A stretch of 64,000 nucleotides of DNA from an uncultured Spirochaetota bacterium (GTDB taxonomy: Bacteria > Spirochaetota > Spirochaetia > SZUA-6 > CAVTHK01): positions 160,001-224,000 of the forward strand of contig CAVTHK010000002.1 of assembly GCA_963734495.1 (NCBI GenBank), in the 5' to 3' direction. Under the pieces are notes generated by a model that was not told where the DNA came from, searched no databases, and saw nothing but the letters and a program-made list of their open reading frames with translations. A program made the translations under genes and the position numbers. Positions 11,159-24,295 of this stretch are shown in pieces. Each line of letters begins with the position of its first letter. The stretch's first letter is position 1.

Positions 11159-12272
11159 TTGCTCGAAGAGTTGCAGACCCGGATCAGGAGCCTGGGCGAC
11201 CAGATAGACGAAACCTGGAGGCATCTTTGACCCCGAAAAGATCCAGGGTGAGATACGCGAGCTCGAGAAGAAGACGGCCGAGGAGGACTTCTGGTCCAAC
11301 AGGGAACGGGCCAGCGAGATCCTCGGCACGCTCAAGGAGCGAAAGCGCCGCCTCGATCCGTGGGCCGCGCTGAGGCAGAAGTACTCCGACCTCGCCGAGC
11401 TGTACTCCCTCGCCCTCGACGAAGCCGACCAGTCGGTCGAAGCGGAGATCTCGCGGGGTCTCGATGAGCTCGAGGCGACCTACGGCCGGATCAGGGTCCT
11501 CGAGTTCCTGTCGGACGAGCACGACGAGGCATCGACGTTTCTCACCATCCACGCGGGCGCCGGCGGGACCGAGGCGTGCGACTGGGCGGGCATGCTCCTG
11601 CGCATGTACACGCGGTGGGCCGAGCGTCAGGGCTACGAGGTCGAGATCGAGGACGCCCTCGAAGCCGAGGCCGGCTTCAAGTCGGTGACGGTGCTGATCC
11701 AGGGCGATTACGCTCACGGCTATCTCAAGGGGGAGTCGGGAGTGCACAGGCTCGTGCGCATTTCCCCATTCGACGCCAACAAGAGGCGGCATACGACCTT
11801 CGCCTCCGTCTACTGCTCTCCCGAGCTGGAGGACGACGCGGCGATCGAGATCAAGCCCGAGGACGTGAGGGTCGACACGTTCCGGGCGAGCGGCGCTGGC
11901 GGGCAGAAGGTGAACAAGACGGAGTCCGCCGTCCGCATGACCCACATCCCCACGGGGATCGTGGTCCAGTGCCAGAACGAGCGCAGCCAGCACAAGAACC
12001 GCGCCATGGCGATGAAGATGCTCAAGAGCCGGCTGTACGAGTACGACCGCATGCAGAAAGACAAGGAACGGGACAAGATAGAGAGTGAGAAGAAGGACAT
12101 CTCGTGGGGCAATCAGATCCGTTCCTACGTGTTTCAGCCGTACACCATGGTCAAGGACCATCGCACGAAGCACGAGACCGGCAACGTGCAGGCCGTCATG
12201 GACGGCGGGATCGACGCGTTCATCGAGGAGTACCTGAAGCTTGCCTGGACCCTCAAGCAGAAGGCGAACTGA
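11159..12272 (+). CDS. prfB: peptide chain release factor 2 with programmed +1 frameshift at CTT TGA C (11225-11231)
   Basis: TTG start after GGAGG; 23 codons to CTT-TGA; +1 frame DPEKIQ...; SPF and GGQ motifs. Confidence 0.95.
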
Positions 12273-13680
12273 AGCCGGCCTGCTCATCCTCCTCTTCGCC
12301 GCCGGGCTCGCCTCCGCGGCCGACGACCTGAGCGGCGATCTGCCCAAGGCGTGGAAGGTGGGCTTCGCCGCCTGGGGCGGCGCCGGGCTCGAGCCGCAGG
12401 ACGAGTACCTCAAGTTCAGCCTTGCGCTCGAGCTCCGCGATCGCCTGCTCGCCGCGCGGGAGCGCGATCTGGGGGCCCAGGAGCGCGAGGCGTTCGCCCG
12501 GCGGCTGGCGCGCTCCAAGGTCGAGGCACTCGAGGCGCAGCTGCGGGACACCAACCGCGCGCGCGACGACCTCGTCTTCAAGCAGCTCCCCGACAGCGAG
12601 CGCGACGCGGCGCTGGCGCCCCTCGACGCGAAGCAGAGCGAGCTGCTCGCCCGCATCGCGCTTTTTGAGCGCGACCTTCCCCATCTCGCCGTGCTTCCCC
12701 CCGCGATGCCTCTCGCCTACGAGCCCGCCGACCTGATCGATCCGCCCGCCTACTCGGCGGCGGAGGCCGCGCGCAAGGCGGGCGTGGACCTTCTCGTCTG
12801 GGGACGCCTCGAGCCCGTGCAGGGCTACCTGTACTGGCGGGTGGCCTGCTACAGCGTGCTGCTCGACCGCGAGCTGTTCGCCGCCGAGCAGGTCTCCGCG
12901 CCCGAGGCCGTCGCGGCCGCGGTCGAATCGGCGGTCGGCGGGCTCGCGGAGGCGCTGCTGGGGCGGCCCTGGTCGGCGCTGACCGTCGTCCCGCAGCCTG
13001 CGGACGCCGCGGTCCGCGTCGACGGCAACGCGCAGGGCGGCGGCACGGTGACGCTTCCCTTTCTCGACCCCGGGCCCCACCACGTCGAGGTCTCGTACGA
13101 AGGCTACCAGACCTACGACGAGACGGTGCTGCTGGAGCCTTCGGCCACGCGGCGGCTCGAGGCGGCGCTCACGGCGCTGCCCGCCCGCCCCTTCACGCTC
13201 GCGAGCACGCCGCCCGGGGCGCTCGTGTATCGCGATTCGCTGTACGTGGGGGTCACGCCGCTCGACCTGATGCTGCCGCCCGGCAGCATCGGGACGTATC
13301 GGCTCGTCACGGAGGGCTACTTCGACCTCTACGAGACGATCAAGGCGGACGACGTTTCTCGCATCGATGCGGTCCTCACGCGCAAGCTCGTGGACCCGAC
13401 CGAGTGGCAGGAGATCAAACGCAAGCGGTTCTACCACTCCCTCGGCGCCCTCGCGCTGTCGGTGCCGATCTCGGTCGTGAGCTACGCGGTCGCCCTCGAC
13501 GCCGCGGTCGCGCGGGAGAACACGATCGCGGGAACGCCGGAGTACGACAGGCTGACGCGGCGGGCGACCATCGGCTACGCGCTGTACCTCGGCGGCATCT
13601 TCGTCAGCGCCGTGCTGGGGATCAACATGGTTCGCGACCTGCGGGAGTACGTCCGCTACGCGGACAACCCCGAGTTCTAG
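12241..13680 (+). CDS. PEGA-domain membrane/exported protein (start uncertain)
   Basis: Two PEGA-like repeats (LTVVPQPADAAVRVDG; LASTPPGALVY...VGVTPL) and C-terminal TM helices. Confidence 0.7.
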   Translation: MPGPSSRRRTEAGLLILLFAAGLASAADDLSGDLPKAWKVGFAAWGGAGLEPQDEYLKFSLALELRDRLLAARERDLGAQEREAFARRLARSKVEALEAQLRDTNRARDDLVFKQLPDSERDAALAPLDAKQSELLARIALFERDLPHLAVLPPAMPLAYEPADLIDPPAYSAAEAARKAGVDLLVWGRLEPVQGYLYWRVACYSVLLDRELFAAEQVSAPEAVAAAVESAVGGLAEALLGRPWSALTVVPQPADAAVRVDGNAQGGGTVTLPFLDPGPHHVEVSYEGYQTYDETVLLEPSATRRLEAALTALPARPFTLASTPPGALVYRDSLYVGVTPLDLMLPPGSIGTYRLVTEGYFDLYETIKADDVSRIDAVLTRKLVDPTEWQEIKRKRFYHSLGALALSVPISVVSYAVALDAAVARENTIAGTPEYDRLTRRATIGYALYLGGIFVSAVLGINMVRDLREYVRYADNPEF

Positions 13681-13736
13681 ACCGGCGCCGGTGCCGGGGC
13701 GGGGCGGCACGCCCGGCAGCCGATGAGGAGGAGCGT

Positions 13737-14612
13737 TTGTTCGAGAGGAAACCGCACGGCCTCGCGGCCCGCCTCGGCGCCCTGCTGGGCATCGGGAAGC
13801 GCGACGAGCAGTTCTTCGAGCAGCTCGAAGACGCGCTGATCGAGGCGGACCTCGGGGCCCAGGCGGCGCTGGAGATCGTGGATCGCCTGAGGAAGGACGG
13901 CGGCGGCGGCCCGCGCGACCTCGCCGGTCGCGTCAAGGAGATGCTGCTCGGCGATCTGCGGGCGATCGCGCCGGCACCCGACGGCCGGGGGCCCGGCCTC
14001 ATGCTCGTGCTCGGCGTCAACGGCGTCGGCAAGACCACCACCGTCGCGAAGCTCGCCGCCTTTTACAGGCGCGCGCACGGCATGCAGGACGTCCTGCTGT
14101 GCGCGGCCGACACCTTCCGCGCCGCCGCCATCGACCAGCTCAGGGTGCTCGGCGAGCGGCTCGAGCTGCGGGTGGTGAGCCAGCAGCCCGGCTCCGATCC
14201 GGGGGCCGTCATCTACGACGCCATCACCAGCGCCCGGGCCCGCTCGACGCCGCTGATCGTGGCCGACACCGCGGGCCGCATGCACAGCAGGGTCGATCTC
14301 GTGCGCGAGCTCGAGAAGATCGACCGGGTCGTTCGCAGCCGGCTGGGCGGGGGCTGGTATCACAAATCGCTCGTCATCGACGCGACCACGGGCCAGAACG
14401 CCCTGCAGCAGGCCGAGGTGTTCCACCAGGCCATCGGCATCGACTCCGTGATCGTCGCCAAGAGCGACTCGACGGCCAAGGGGGGGATCGTCGTGCCCAT
14501 CTCGCGCTCCCTTCACCTTCCTTTCTCCTTCGTGGGGGTCGGGGAACGGCTCGAGGACCTGGTGCCGTTCGACGCCGGGGCCTATCTCGACGCGCTGCTG
14601 GGGCTCGCGTGA
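13737..14612 (+). CDS. ftsY: SRP receptor GTPase
   Basis: [50 protein letters not shown] before TTG. Confidence 0.92.
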   Translation: MFERKPHGLAARLGALLGIGKRDEQFFEQLEDALIEADLGAQAALEIVDRLRKDGGGGPRDLAGRVKEMLLGDLRAIAPAPDGRGPGLMLVLGVNGVGKTTTVAKLAAFYRRAHGMQDVLLCAADTFRAAAIDQLRVLGERLELRVVSQQPGSDPGAVIYDAITSARARSTPLIVADTAGRMHSRVDLVRELEKIDRVVRSRLGGGWYHKSLVIDATTGQNALQQAEVFHQAIGIDSVIVAKSDSTAKGGIVVPISRSLHLPFSFVGVGERLEDLVPFDAGAYLDALLGLA

Positions 14613-15640
14613 AAGCCCCCGCCGTCGCATCCCTCTGCTGCCTCCTCGCGCTGGCGGCCGCGACCGGCGGCCGCGCGGATGCCGGGGGGGAGGACTATCT
14701 CTCGAACGCAATCGGGATGCGGCTCGGCCCGGCCACCGACGCGGCCGGGTACGTGCTCCAGGTGCACTCCGCCGATGGCACGGAGGAGGATCGGCTCCTC
14801 GACCAGGGCGCGGAGGTCCGCCGGACGGTCCGCGTGCGCAACGCCGCGGACGGAAGCACGACGGAAACGGTGTACGAGCAGGGCGCCGTCACCGCGACCC
14901 GGTCCTATGACGCCGGCGGGAGGCTCGTCGAAGAGAAGACCGCCGAAGGCGCGAGGCTCTTCCACTACCGCGGCGGCGAGCTGGAGAGCATGGAGGTGTC
15001 GGGCTCGGACGGGAAGCCGCTGTACCGCGAGCGCTACGCCTACACCTCGCGCGGCCGGCTGCGCGAGGCCGAGCGCGCCTACGCCGACGGCAGCCGCTCG
15101 GTCTCCTCCTTCCTGTTCGCCGAGGGCCGCCTGATGTCCGAGCGGCTGGCGGCGGACGAGCGCATCCTCACGGTGCGGTTCGACGGATCGGGGCGGCTGG
15201 CCGCGGAATCGGAGGCGCAGGGCGACACGCTCGTCTGGGAGAGGACGCGCCGCTACGACGCGGCGAGCGGCGCTCTGGCCGAGACCGTCGAACGGCGCAA
15301 GGACTACACCGTGCGCAGGCTCTACGGCGCCGGGGAACGACTCGCGCAGGAGGAGAGGACCGGCTCCGGCGCGTACCGCAGCTCCTACAGCTACGACTCC
15401 GAGGGACGGCAGGTCCGCCTGCGGCGCATCGGGAGCATCGGCACGGAGGAGTGGCAGACCGCGTACGACGACAAGGGCAACGTCGCGCGCGAGACCTACC
15501 TGGTCCGGGGCCTCGTCCAGCGGGTGCGCGTGCACACCGGCGAGCGCGAGTGGTACGACGACCTGTACCATGACGGCAAGCCCGTGCTCCGCGTGACGTA
15601 TCGCAACGACGCGAAAATCGGCGAGGAGCGTCTCGAGTGA
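14609..15640 (+). CDS. exported hypothetical protein with YD/RHS-like beta-hairpin repeats
   Basis: Signal peptide; repeated YDAGGRL, YTSRGRL, FDGSGRL, YDSEGRQ, YDDKGNV. Confidence 0.65.
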   Translation: MKAPAVASLCCLLALAAATGGRADAGGEDYLSNAIGMRLGPATDAAGYVLQVHSADGTEEDRLLDQGAEVRRTVRVRNAADGSTTETVYEQGAVTATRSYDAGGRLVEEKTAEGARLFHYRGGELESMEVSGSDGKPLYRERYAYTSRGRLREAERAYADGSRSVSSFLFAEGRLMSERLAADERILTVRFDGSGRLAAESEAQGDTLVWERTRRYDAASGALAETVERRKDYTVRRLYGAGERLAQEERTGSGAYRSSYSYDSEGRQVRLRRIGSIGTEEWQTAYDDKGNVARETYLVRGLVQRVRVHTGEREWYDDLYHDGKPVLRVTYRNDAKIGEERLE

Positions 15641-16908
15641 ACCCCGCGCTCGCGTGGAGGGTAGCCTGGCGCTATTTCCGCTCGCGCGGGCGCATCGGGT
15701 CGCCCTTCTTTTCGGTGGCGGGCATCGCCGCCGGCATCATGACCCTGACCGCCGTTCTCGCGGTGATGAACGGGTTCCAGCTGAGCTTCATCGAGCCGAT
15801 CCTCGAAGTGCGCAGCTACCACCTGCAGGTGCGCGATGCCCCTGCCGGGGCGGCCCGCACCCTGCGCGGCCTGCCGGATGTCGTCGCGGTGAGCCCTTTT
15901 GTAGACATCCAGGCGATCGCCGGCGGGGACTTCCCGTGCATGCTCCGCGCCGTGGACCCCGACCCCGCCGACGGCGGCTTCGCGGCCGCGTTCGCTTCGG
16001 GATACGACCGGCCCGCGAGCGGCATGGCCGCCGGGACCGTGATCCTCGGCTCGCAGCTCGCCGCGAGGCTCGGCGCAGCGCCCGGCGACACGGTCTCCTT
16101 TTTCGCCTTTGCCGCGGGAGGGAGGTCCGACGTGGTGCCCCGCGAGCTCGATCTCAAGGTCGCGGGCGTGTTCAAGACGGGGTACTACGATCTCGATCTC
16201 AACTGGGCCTTCACGCCTCTCGCGACCGCGGACCTGATATCCGACACGCGCGGCGGGTCCCCTGCGCTGGGCCTGAAGATCCGGCGGCCCGCCCGCGAAG
16301 CCGCGGTCGGCCGCGAGATCGAAAGGGCCCTCGGGCCGGGCGTCAAGGTGTCGGGCTGGCGCGAGGTCAACCGGCTCTTCTTTACCGCGCTCAAGACCGA
16401 GAAGGCGATGATGATCCTTCTCGTCGGGCTGGTCTTCGTGGTGGTCGCGGTCAACATCTTCCACTCGCTGCGGCGGGCGGTTCACGAGCGCGAAGAGGAG
16501 ATCGCAACGATGCGGGCCGTCGGGGCGACCGGCAAGAGCATGCGGGCGGTCTTCGTGATCGAGGGGCTGCTCATCGGCGCGGCGGGCGCCCTGATCGGCA
16601 ACATCCTCGGGCTCCTGGTCTCCTACAACGTCAACGAGCTGTTCCGGGCTGCGGAGTTCCTGGTGAACCAGGTCGCGGTGCCGGTGGCCGAAGCGGTGGC
16701 GCGGCCCCTGTTCCCGGGCCTCGCGCCCGCCGAGCTTGCAATCTTCTCGCCGCGGGTCTTCTACATCGACCAGGTCCCCGCGCGCGTGCTTCCCGCGGAG
16801 GCCCTGCTCGGCAGCAGCCTGGCGATCGCGTGCGCGCTCGTCGCGGCGCTGGGCGCGTCGCGCAGCGTGGCCGAGGTCCAGCCTCAAGAGGTCCTGAGGA
16901 GAGTCTGA
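15637..16908 (+). CDS. LolC/E-family ABC permease
   Basis: LAVMNGF, EKAMMILL, EREEEIATMRAVGA, FYIDQVP. Confidence 0.85.
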   Translation: MNPALAWRVAWRYFRSRGRIGSPFFSVAGIAAGIMTLTAVLAVMNGFQLSFIEPILEVRSYHLQVRDAPAGAARTLRGLPDVVAVSPFVDIQAIAGGDFPCMLRAVDPDPADGGFAAAFASGYDRPASGMAAGTVILGSQLAARLGAAPGDTVSFFAFAAGGRSDVVPRELDLKVAGVFKTGYYDLDLNWAFTPLATADLISDTRGGSPALGLKIRRPAREAAVGREIERALGPGVKVSGWREVNRLFFTALKTEKAMMILLVGLVFVVVAVNIFHSLRRAVHEREEEIATMRAVGATGKSMRAVFVIEGLLIGAAGALIGNILGLLVSYNVNELFRAAEFLVNQVAVPVAEAVARPLFPGLAPAELAIFSPRVFYIDQVPARVLPAEALLGSSLAIACALVAALGASRSVAEVQPQEVLRRV

Positions 16909-17582
16909 TGGCGCTGCTCTCGCTGCGGTCGCTGGCCAAGAGCTTCACCAGCGGAAACGAAGAGGTCAGGGTGCTCACCGGCGTCGACCTGGAGGTCGAG
17001 CAGGGCACGTCCGTCGTCATCACGGGAGAAAGCGGGAGCGGCAAGACCACGCTCCTCAACCTCGTGGCGGGCCTCGACGCGCCGACGGGCGGGCGGGTCC
17101 TCGTCGACGGCGTCGAGATCACGTCTCTCGACGAGACCGCCCTCGCGGCCTTTCGAGGCCGCACGCTGGGCTTCATTTTTCAATTCCATTACCTGCTCCG
17201 CGATTTCACCGCGCTCGAGAACGTCCTGATGCCTGCCTGGATCTCGGGCCTGCCCCGGGCGGCGGCGCTGGCAAAGGCGCAAGCGCTCCTCGCCGACGTC
17301 GGCCTCGGGGGCAAGCTCCACCAGTACCCGTCGGAGCTGTCGGGCGGCGAGCGGCAGCGGGTGGCCGTGGCCCGCGCTCTCGTCAACGACCCGCGGCTGG
17401 TCGTCGCGGACGAGCCGACGGGAAACCTGGACGAGCGCAACTCGGCGACGGTGCGCGACCTCCTCTTCGACCTCGTGCGCCGCTACGGCAAGACGCTGCT
17501 CGCGGCGACGCACGACCTGCGCCTGGCGGAGCGGGGCGATCGTACGCTGCGCCTCGCGCACGGAGTGCTGGGCGCCGCATGA
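16908..17582 (+). CDS. lolD: LolD-family ABC ATP-binding protein
   Basis: [36 protein letters not shown]. Confidence 0.88.
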   Translation: MALLSLRSLAKSFTSGNEEVRVLTGVDLEVEQGTSVVITGESGSGKTTLLNLVAGLDAPTGGRVLVDGVEITSLDETALAAFRGRTLGFIFQFHYLLRDFTALENVLMPAWISGLPRAAALAKAQALLADVGLGGKLHQYPSELSGGERQRVAVARALVNDPRLVVADEPTGNLDERNSATVRDLLFDLVRRYGKTLLAATHDLRLAERGDRTLRLAHGVLGAA

Positions 17583-18889
17583 AGCCCGCCCACGCGCCGC
17601 TCGCGGGAGTTCTGGCGTGGCGCGCCCTCGTGCCGCGGAGGAGCGGCCGCGGGCTCGCGGGCGCCGTCGTCGGCATGGGGCTGAGCCTCGTGCCTCTGCT
17701 CCTGGTGCTCGTCGTCTCCAACGGCATGATCGAGGGCATCACGCGCCGCCTCATCGAAGCGGGCACCTACCACCTGCAGGTGGCGCTGCCCGCCACGCTG
17801 CCGGATGAGGACGTGGCGGGGCTCGTCGAGCGTATTCGCCGCGTGCCGCTCGTTCGGCTCGCCTTCGCGGAGACCGACGGGCTCGGGCTGGTCTACTCGC
17901 CCAAGGGGCGCCTCGGCCTCCAGATCCGCGCGGTCCCCCGCGGCCTCTACGAATCGGACGCGGGACTGCGGGCGACGCTGCGCGTCGACGCGGGGAGCTT
18001 CGACCTGGCGCCGGGGACGGTGGTGCTCAGCCGTTCGGTGGCGGAGGAGCTCGGCGTCGGCGTGGGCGACGAGGTCAGGCTGCTCACGGCCCGGCCGATC
18101 CGCGGCCGCTTTCTCCCGCGAATCACGCGGTTCACCGTGGGCGGCCTGTTCAGCTCCGGCTACCAGGAGCTGGATCGCGGCTGGATCTACGTCAGCCGGG
18201 AGGACGGGCGGCGGATCCTCCCCGCGGACGCGGGCCGGCTCGTTCTGGCGGTCAAGGTCAGCGACCTGGCCCGCCTCGACGAGGTCTCCCGCGCGATCGA
18301 GCGCATCGTCGCGGACGAGGGGCTGCCGGCGCGCGTGGCCGGATGGTACGAGCTCGAGGAGAACCAGTACCGCTCCTTCCAGACGACGCGGGCGCTGCTC
18401 GTGTTCATCATGGCGCTCATCGTCGTGGTCGCCGCGGTCAACGTCTCCTCCGCGATGGCGATGATCGTGCTCGAGAAGCGGCCGGAGATCGCGATCCTCA
18501 AGAGCATGGGCGCGCGGCCGGGAATGGTGGCCGGGTCGTTCCTCGCGGCCGGGTTCCTCGCCGGCGTGCTCGGGGCGCTCGCGGGCGTGCCGCTCGGGCT
18601 GCTCGTGGCGGTCAACGTGAACGCGATCGTGCGGGGCCTCGAGAGCGCGTTCAACCTGGCGCTCGCCGCCGCGCACGCGGTCGGCGCCCTCTTCGGCGCC
18701 CCGGGCGCCTACCAGCCGTTCCTGCTGATGAACCCCGCCTTCTACCTCGAGTCGATCCCGGTGCGCATCAATTTCCTGGAGACCGCGGCGTCCGGCGCCC
18801 TGGCCGTCCTCGTGTCGACGCTCGCGTCGTACGTGCCTGCCCGCCGAGCAGCGGCCATCCGGCCGCTCGACGTTTTGCGCCGCAGTTGA
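17579..18889 (+). CDS. LolC/E-family ABC permease
   Basis: VSNGMIEGI, EKRPEIAILKSMGA, PARRAAAIRPLDVLR. Confidence 0.85.
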   Translation: MKPAHAPLAGVLAWRALVPRRSGRGLAGAVVGMGLSLVPLLLVLVVSNGMIEGITRRLIEAGTYHLQVALPATLPDEDVAGLVERIRRVPLVRLAFAETDGLGLVYSPKGRLGLQIRAVPRGLYESDAGLRATLRVDAGSFDLAPGTVVLSRSVAEELGVGVGDEVRLLTARPIRGRFLPRITRFTVGGLFSSGYQELDRGWIYVSREDGRRILPADAGRLVLAVKVSDLARLDEVSRAIERIVADEGLPARVAGWYELEENQYRSFQTTRALLVFIMALIVVVAAVNVSSAMAMIVLEKRPEIAILKSMGARPGMVAGSFLAAGFLAGVLGALAGVPLGLLVAVNVNAIVRGLESAFNLALAAAHAVGALFGAPGAYQPFLLMNPAFYLESIPVRINFLETAASGALAVLVSTLASYVPARRAAAIRPLDVLRRS

Positions 18890-18937
18890 GGGCCCCGGAT
18901 CGCTCCGCCGGATGGCTTGCGGTTTTCCCGTCTTTTC

Positions 18938-18966
18938 TTGACAACACCGGGGGCAGAAGGTACCCT
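18938..18966 (+). promoter_or_regulatory. sigma70 promoter of mcsA-mcsB-clpC
   Basis: TTGACA-N17-TACCCT followed by GGGAGG SD. Confidence 0.55.
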
Positions 18967-18984
18967 TTAGGCGGGAGGGTCCCT

Positions 18985-19476
18985 TTGCTCTGCGATATCT
19001 GCGGCACGGAAGAGGCCAGCATCAATATCAGACAGGTCACGGAAGGGGAGTCCGTCGAGCTCGCTCTGTGCGCCAAGTGCGCGGCGGTGAGAGGGATCAG
19101 CGCGGGCGAGGGACCGGCCTTCTCCGTGTCGGATCTCCTTACGGGACTGATCGATGTCAAGAAGCGCGTCCCCGCGAAGAGGAGGGTCTGTCCGCGGTGC
19201 GGGCAGACGCTGGAGAACCTCAAGAAGCGGTCCCGCGTCGGCTGCACGGAATGCTACGCGGTCTTCGGCAAGGAGATCCGAGGCGTCCTCGGCAGCCTCC
19301 ACGGGAAGGCGCAGCACAGGGGCAAGCTGCCGCGCCGCCTCGCGGCGTACAAGACGCTCCTGATCGACGTGGAGTCTCTCAAGCGGCGGCTCAAGACTGC
19401 GGTGCGGGCGGAGAACTACGAGGAGGCGGCCCGCATCCGTGACCGGATCGCCGAGCTCAAGGGGAAAGATGACTGA
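18985..19476 (+). CDS. mcsA: McsA-like protein-arginine kinase activator
   Basis: Four CxxC motifs plus UVR domain (AVRAENYEEAARIRD); TTG start with SD. Confidence 0.88.
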   Translation: MLCDICGTEEASINIRQVTEGESVELALCAKCAAVRGISAGEGPAFSVSDLLTGLIDVKKRVPAKRRVCPRCGQTLENLKKRSRVGCTECYAVFGKEIRGVLGSLHGKAQHRGKLPRRLAAYKTLLIDVESLKRRLKTAVRAENYEEAARIRDRIAELKGKDD

Positions 19477-20532
19477 CGCGCTCGCACGGCCATGGTTCAC
19501 GCGCATCGGGGAGGAGGGCGACGTCGTCGTCTCGAGCCGCGTCCGCATCGCGCGCAATCTGTCCGAGCACCGCTTCCCGGGGTTCATGAGCGGTGAGGAA
19601 GAGCTCGAAGTGCAGCGCGCGATCGTCGAGGCCTTCCGCAGATTGCCCGCCGCAGGCGATTTCGCGATATTATTCCTCGACGATTTGAAGCCGCTGGACC
19701 GGCGGGTCCTCCTGGAGCGCAACATCATCACTCAGGAGTTCTCGCTGGCGCGCGGAAAGGCCATCGCCGTGGGGCGGGATTCCTGCGTGACGGCGATGAT
19801 CAACGAGGAGGACCATCTCCGGATCTCGTGCATCCGCGAAGGGTTGGCGCTCGGGGAGGCGTTCGGCGAGGTGGACAAGCTGGACAGTCTGCTCGAAGAG
19901 AGCCTGAGCTACGCGATCTCCATGGAGTGGGGGTACCTGAACCCGAGCCTGGAGAATGTGGGGACGGGGATGAGAGCCTCGCTCATGCTGCACCTTCCGG
20001 CGCTGGTCATGACCGGCCTGATCGACAAGGCGATGAAGGCCATCAACGAAGTCGGGCTGGCCGTCAAGGGCTTCTTCAGCGACGGCGAAGCGTCGCTCGG
20101 CGACATGTACCAGATCGCGAACCACGCGACACTCGGCCTCGGCGAGAAGGAGATCGTCGACAACCTGGTGAGCATCGTGACGCCGCTGGTGCAGTACGAG
20201 CGGAAGGCCAGGGCGGAGTTGCGGGAGAGGCAGCGGGTGGACCTGGAGGACCGGGTGTGCCGTGCGCTGGGGATCCTGTCGCACTGCCGCTCGATATCCT
20301 CCCGCGAGGCGATGGATCACCTTTCGAGCCTGCGGCTGGGGGCCAGCCTGGGGCTGACCGAGGGTCTGTCGCTGGAAACGGTGACCGCGCTGTTCTTTCT
20401 TTCGCAGAAGCATCACGTGCAGCAGCTGCTCGAGGACGGCGAGGAGGCGAGCAGCTCAAAGGCGATCGACTACGCGAGGGCCAAGGCCATACGCGAGGCG
20501 ATCGCGAGCCGGGAAGTTCCGGGAGGCTTTGG

Positions 20533-20548
<16 letters not shown>
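19469..20548 (+). CDS. mcsB: protein arginine kinase
   Basis: SSRVRIARN, MINEEDHLRI, NVGTGMRAS.MLHLPAL, YQIAN..TLG. Confidence 0.88.
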
Positions 20549-23042
<2,494 letters not shown>

Positions 23043-23077
23043 TCGCCGAGAGCCACGCTTGCCGTGTCCGGCGCGGG

Positions 23078-24266
23078 CTATGCCGGGTCGGGCACGGTCG
23101 CCTTGAAGAGCAGTCCTTCGCCCTCGAGGGCGTAGGCCGGCACGCATGCCGGCACGACGAACGATTCGCCGGCGCGCAGTGAGAGCGCGTCGGCGCCGGC
23201 ATCGACGCGACAAGCGCCCTCGGTCAGCACCCAGACCTCGATCGCCGTCCTCCGCCCGGGGCTCCAGCGGCCCCGCAGCTCGAGGCGGCTGAGCCGGAAC
23301 TCCGCCGCCGGCGTCGCGTACACCTGCTCCGTTCCGTCGCCGGGCGCGGGGGCGACCAGGCGCGGCGGCGCGGGCCGGAAATCGACGACCCTCAGGAGCT
23401 CGTCGCGGTCGACGCGCTTGCGCGTGAGCCCGCCCCGGAGCACGTTGTCGGAGTTGGCCATCAGCTCGATGCCGACGCCTTGCAGGTACGCGTGGAGGAT
23501 GCCCGCCTCCTGGTAGAGCGCCTGCCCCGGCGCGAGCTCGACCAGGTTCAGCAGCAGGACGTTGATCGCGCCGAAGTCGCCCGGATACGCCTCGAGCGCT
23601 CGCGTCACCCAGCGCGCCTCAGGGAGGTCGTCTTGCCGTTCACGCGCCGCCGCGGCCAGCTTCGACACGATCCTGTCCTTTTCCGGCTGCGGCAGCGCGA
23701 GCAGCGCGCCGTAGGCGCGGGCGAGGGCCCGCGCGTCGCGCGGAGGCGGCGCGCCCACCGTCTCGGCCGCCGTCAGCCCGAAGGCCGCCAGCAGGCCCGC
23801 GGCTTCGCCGGGATCGCGGAAGCCCGAGAGGGCATGGAAGCACGTGAGCGCGCAGATGACTTCGGGCTTGTGATTGTCATCGACGAAGCTGCGCTCGCCG
23901 GGCGGGACGTGCCTCGCGTTCTCGGCGGCGAAGCCGCGCCGCGCCTGCTCCAGGCTGGGGTGGGCCTGGATCGAGAGCGGCTCGGCCGCAGCGAGGATTT
24001 TGAAAAGGAAGGGAAGCGCGCCGCGAAAACGCCGCGACACCGCCGGCCCGAGCATGGCCTCGGGCTCCCTCCGCGATGAGCTCGGCCAGCGAGCGCTCGC
24101 CTTGAGGCGAAAGCACCGCCGACGGCGCCTTGGGGTGCGCCCCCATCCAGAGCTCGGCCTCCGGCCGCTCCGAAGGCGTCGGCCGCCCGAGCATGGCGGA
24201 CAGCGCCGTGCGCGAGCCCCACTCGTACTCCTGGATGGTGTTGCGCAGCTTTGCGATGCCGGTCAC
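23078..24266 (-). CDS. manA: mannose-6-phosphate isomerase class I, frameshift near 24065
   Basis: YEWGS, AELWMGAHP, LPFLFKIL, LSIQAHP, DDNHKPE, HAYL.G, ELMANSDNVLRGGLT. Confidence 0.9.
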
Positions 24267-24295
24267 TCGCGCCGCCTGAAGGCCCCGCCGTCGCC

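Noticed and set aside
10700-11160. CRISPR array or cas operon near the Cas2-like gene
   Set aside because: No repeat-spacer pattern and no other cas gene seen in the window
14609-15640. RHS polymorphic toxin
   Set aside because: Too short, no DPxG core or toxin-immunity pair, and in a housekeeping context
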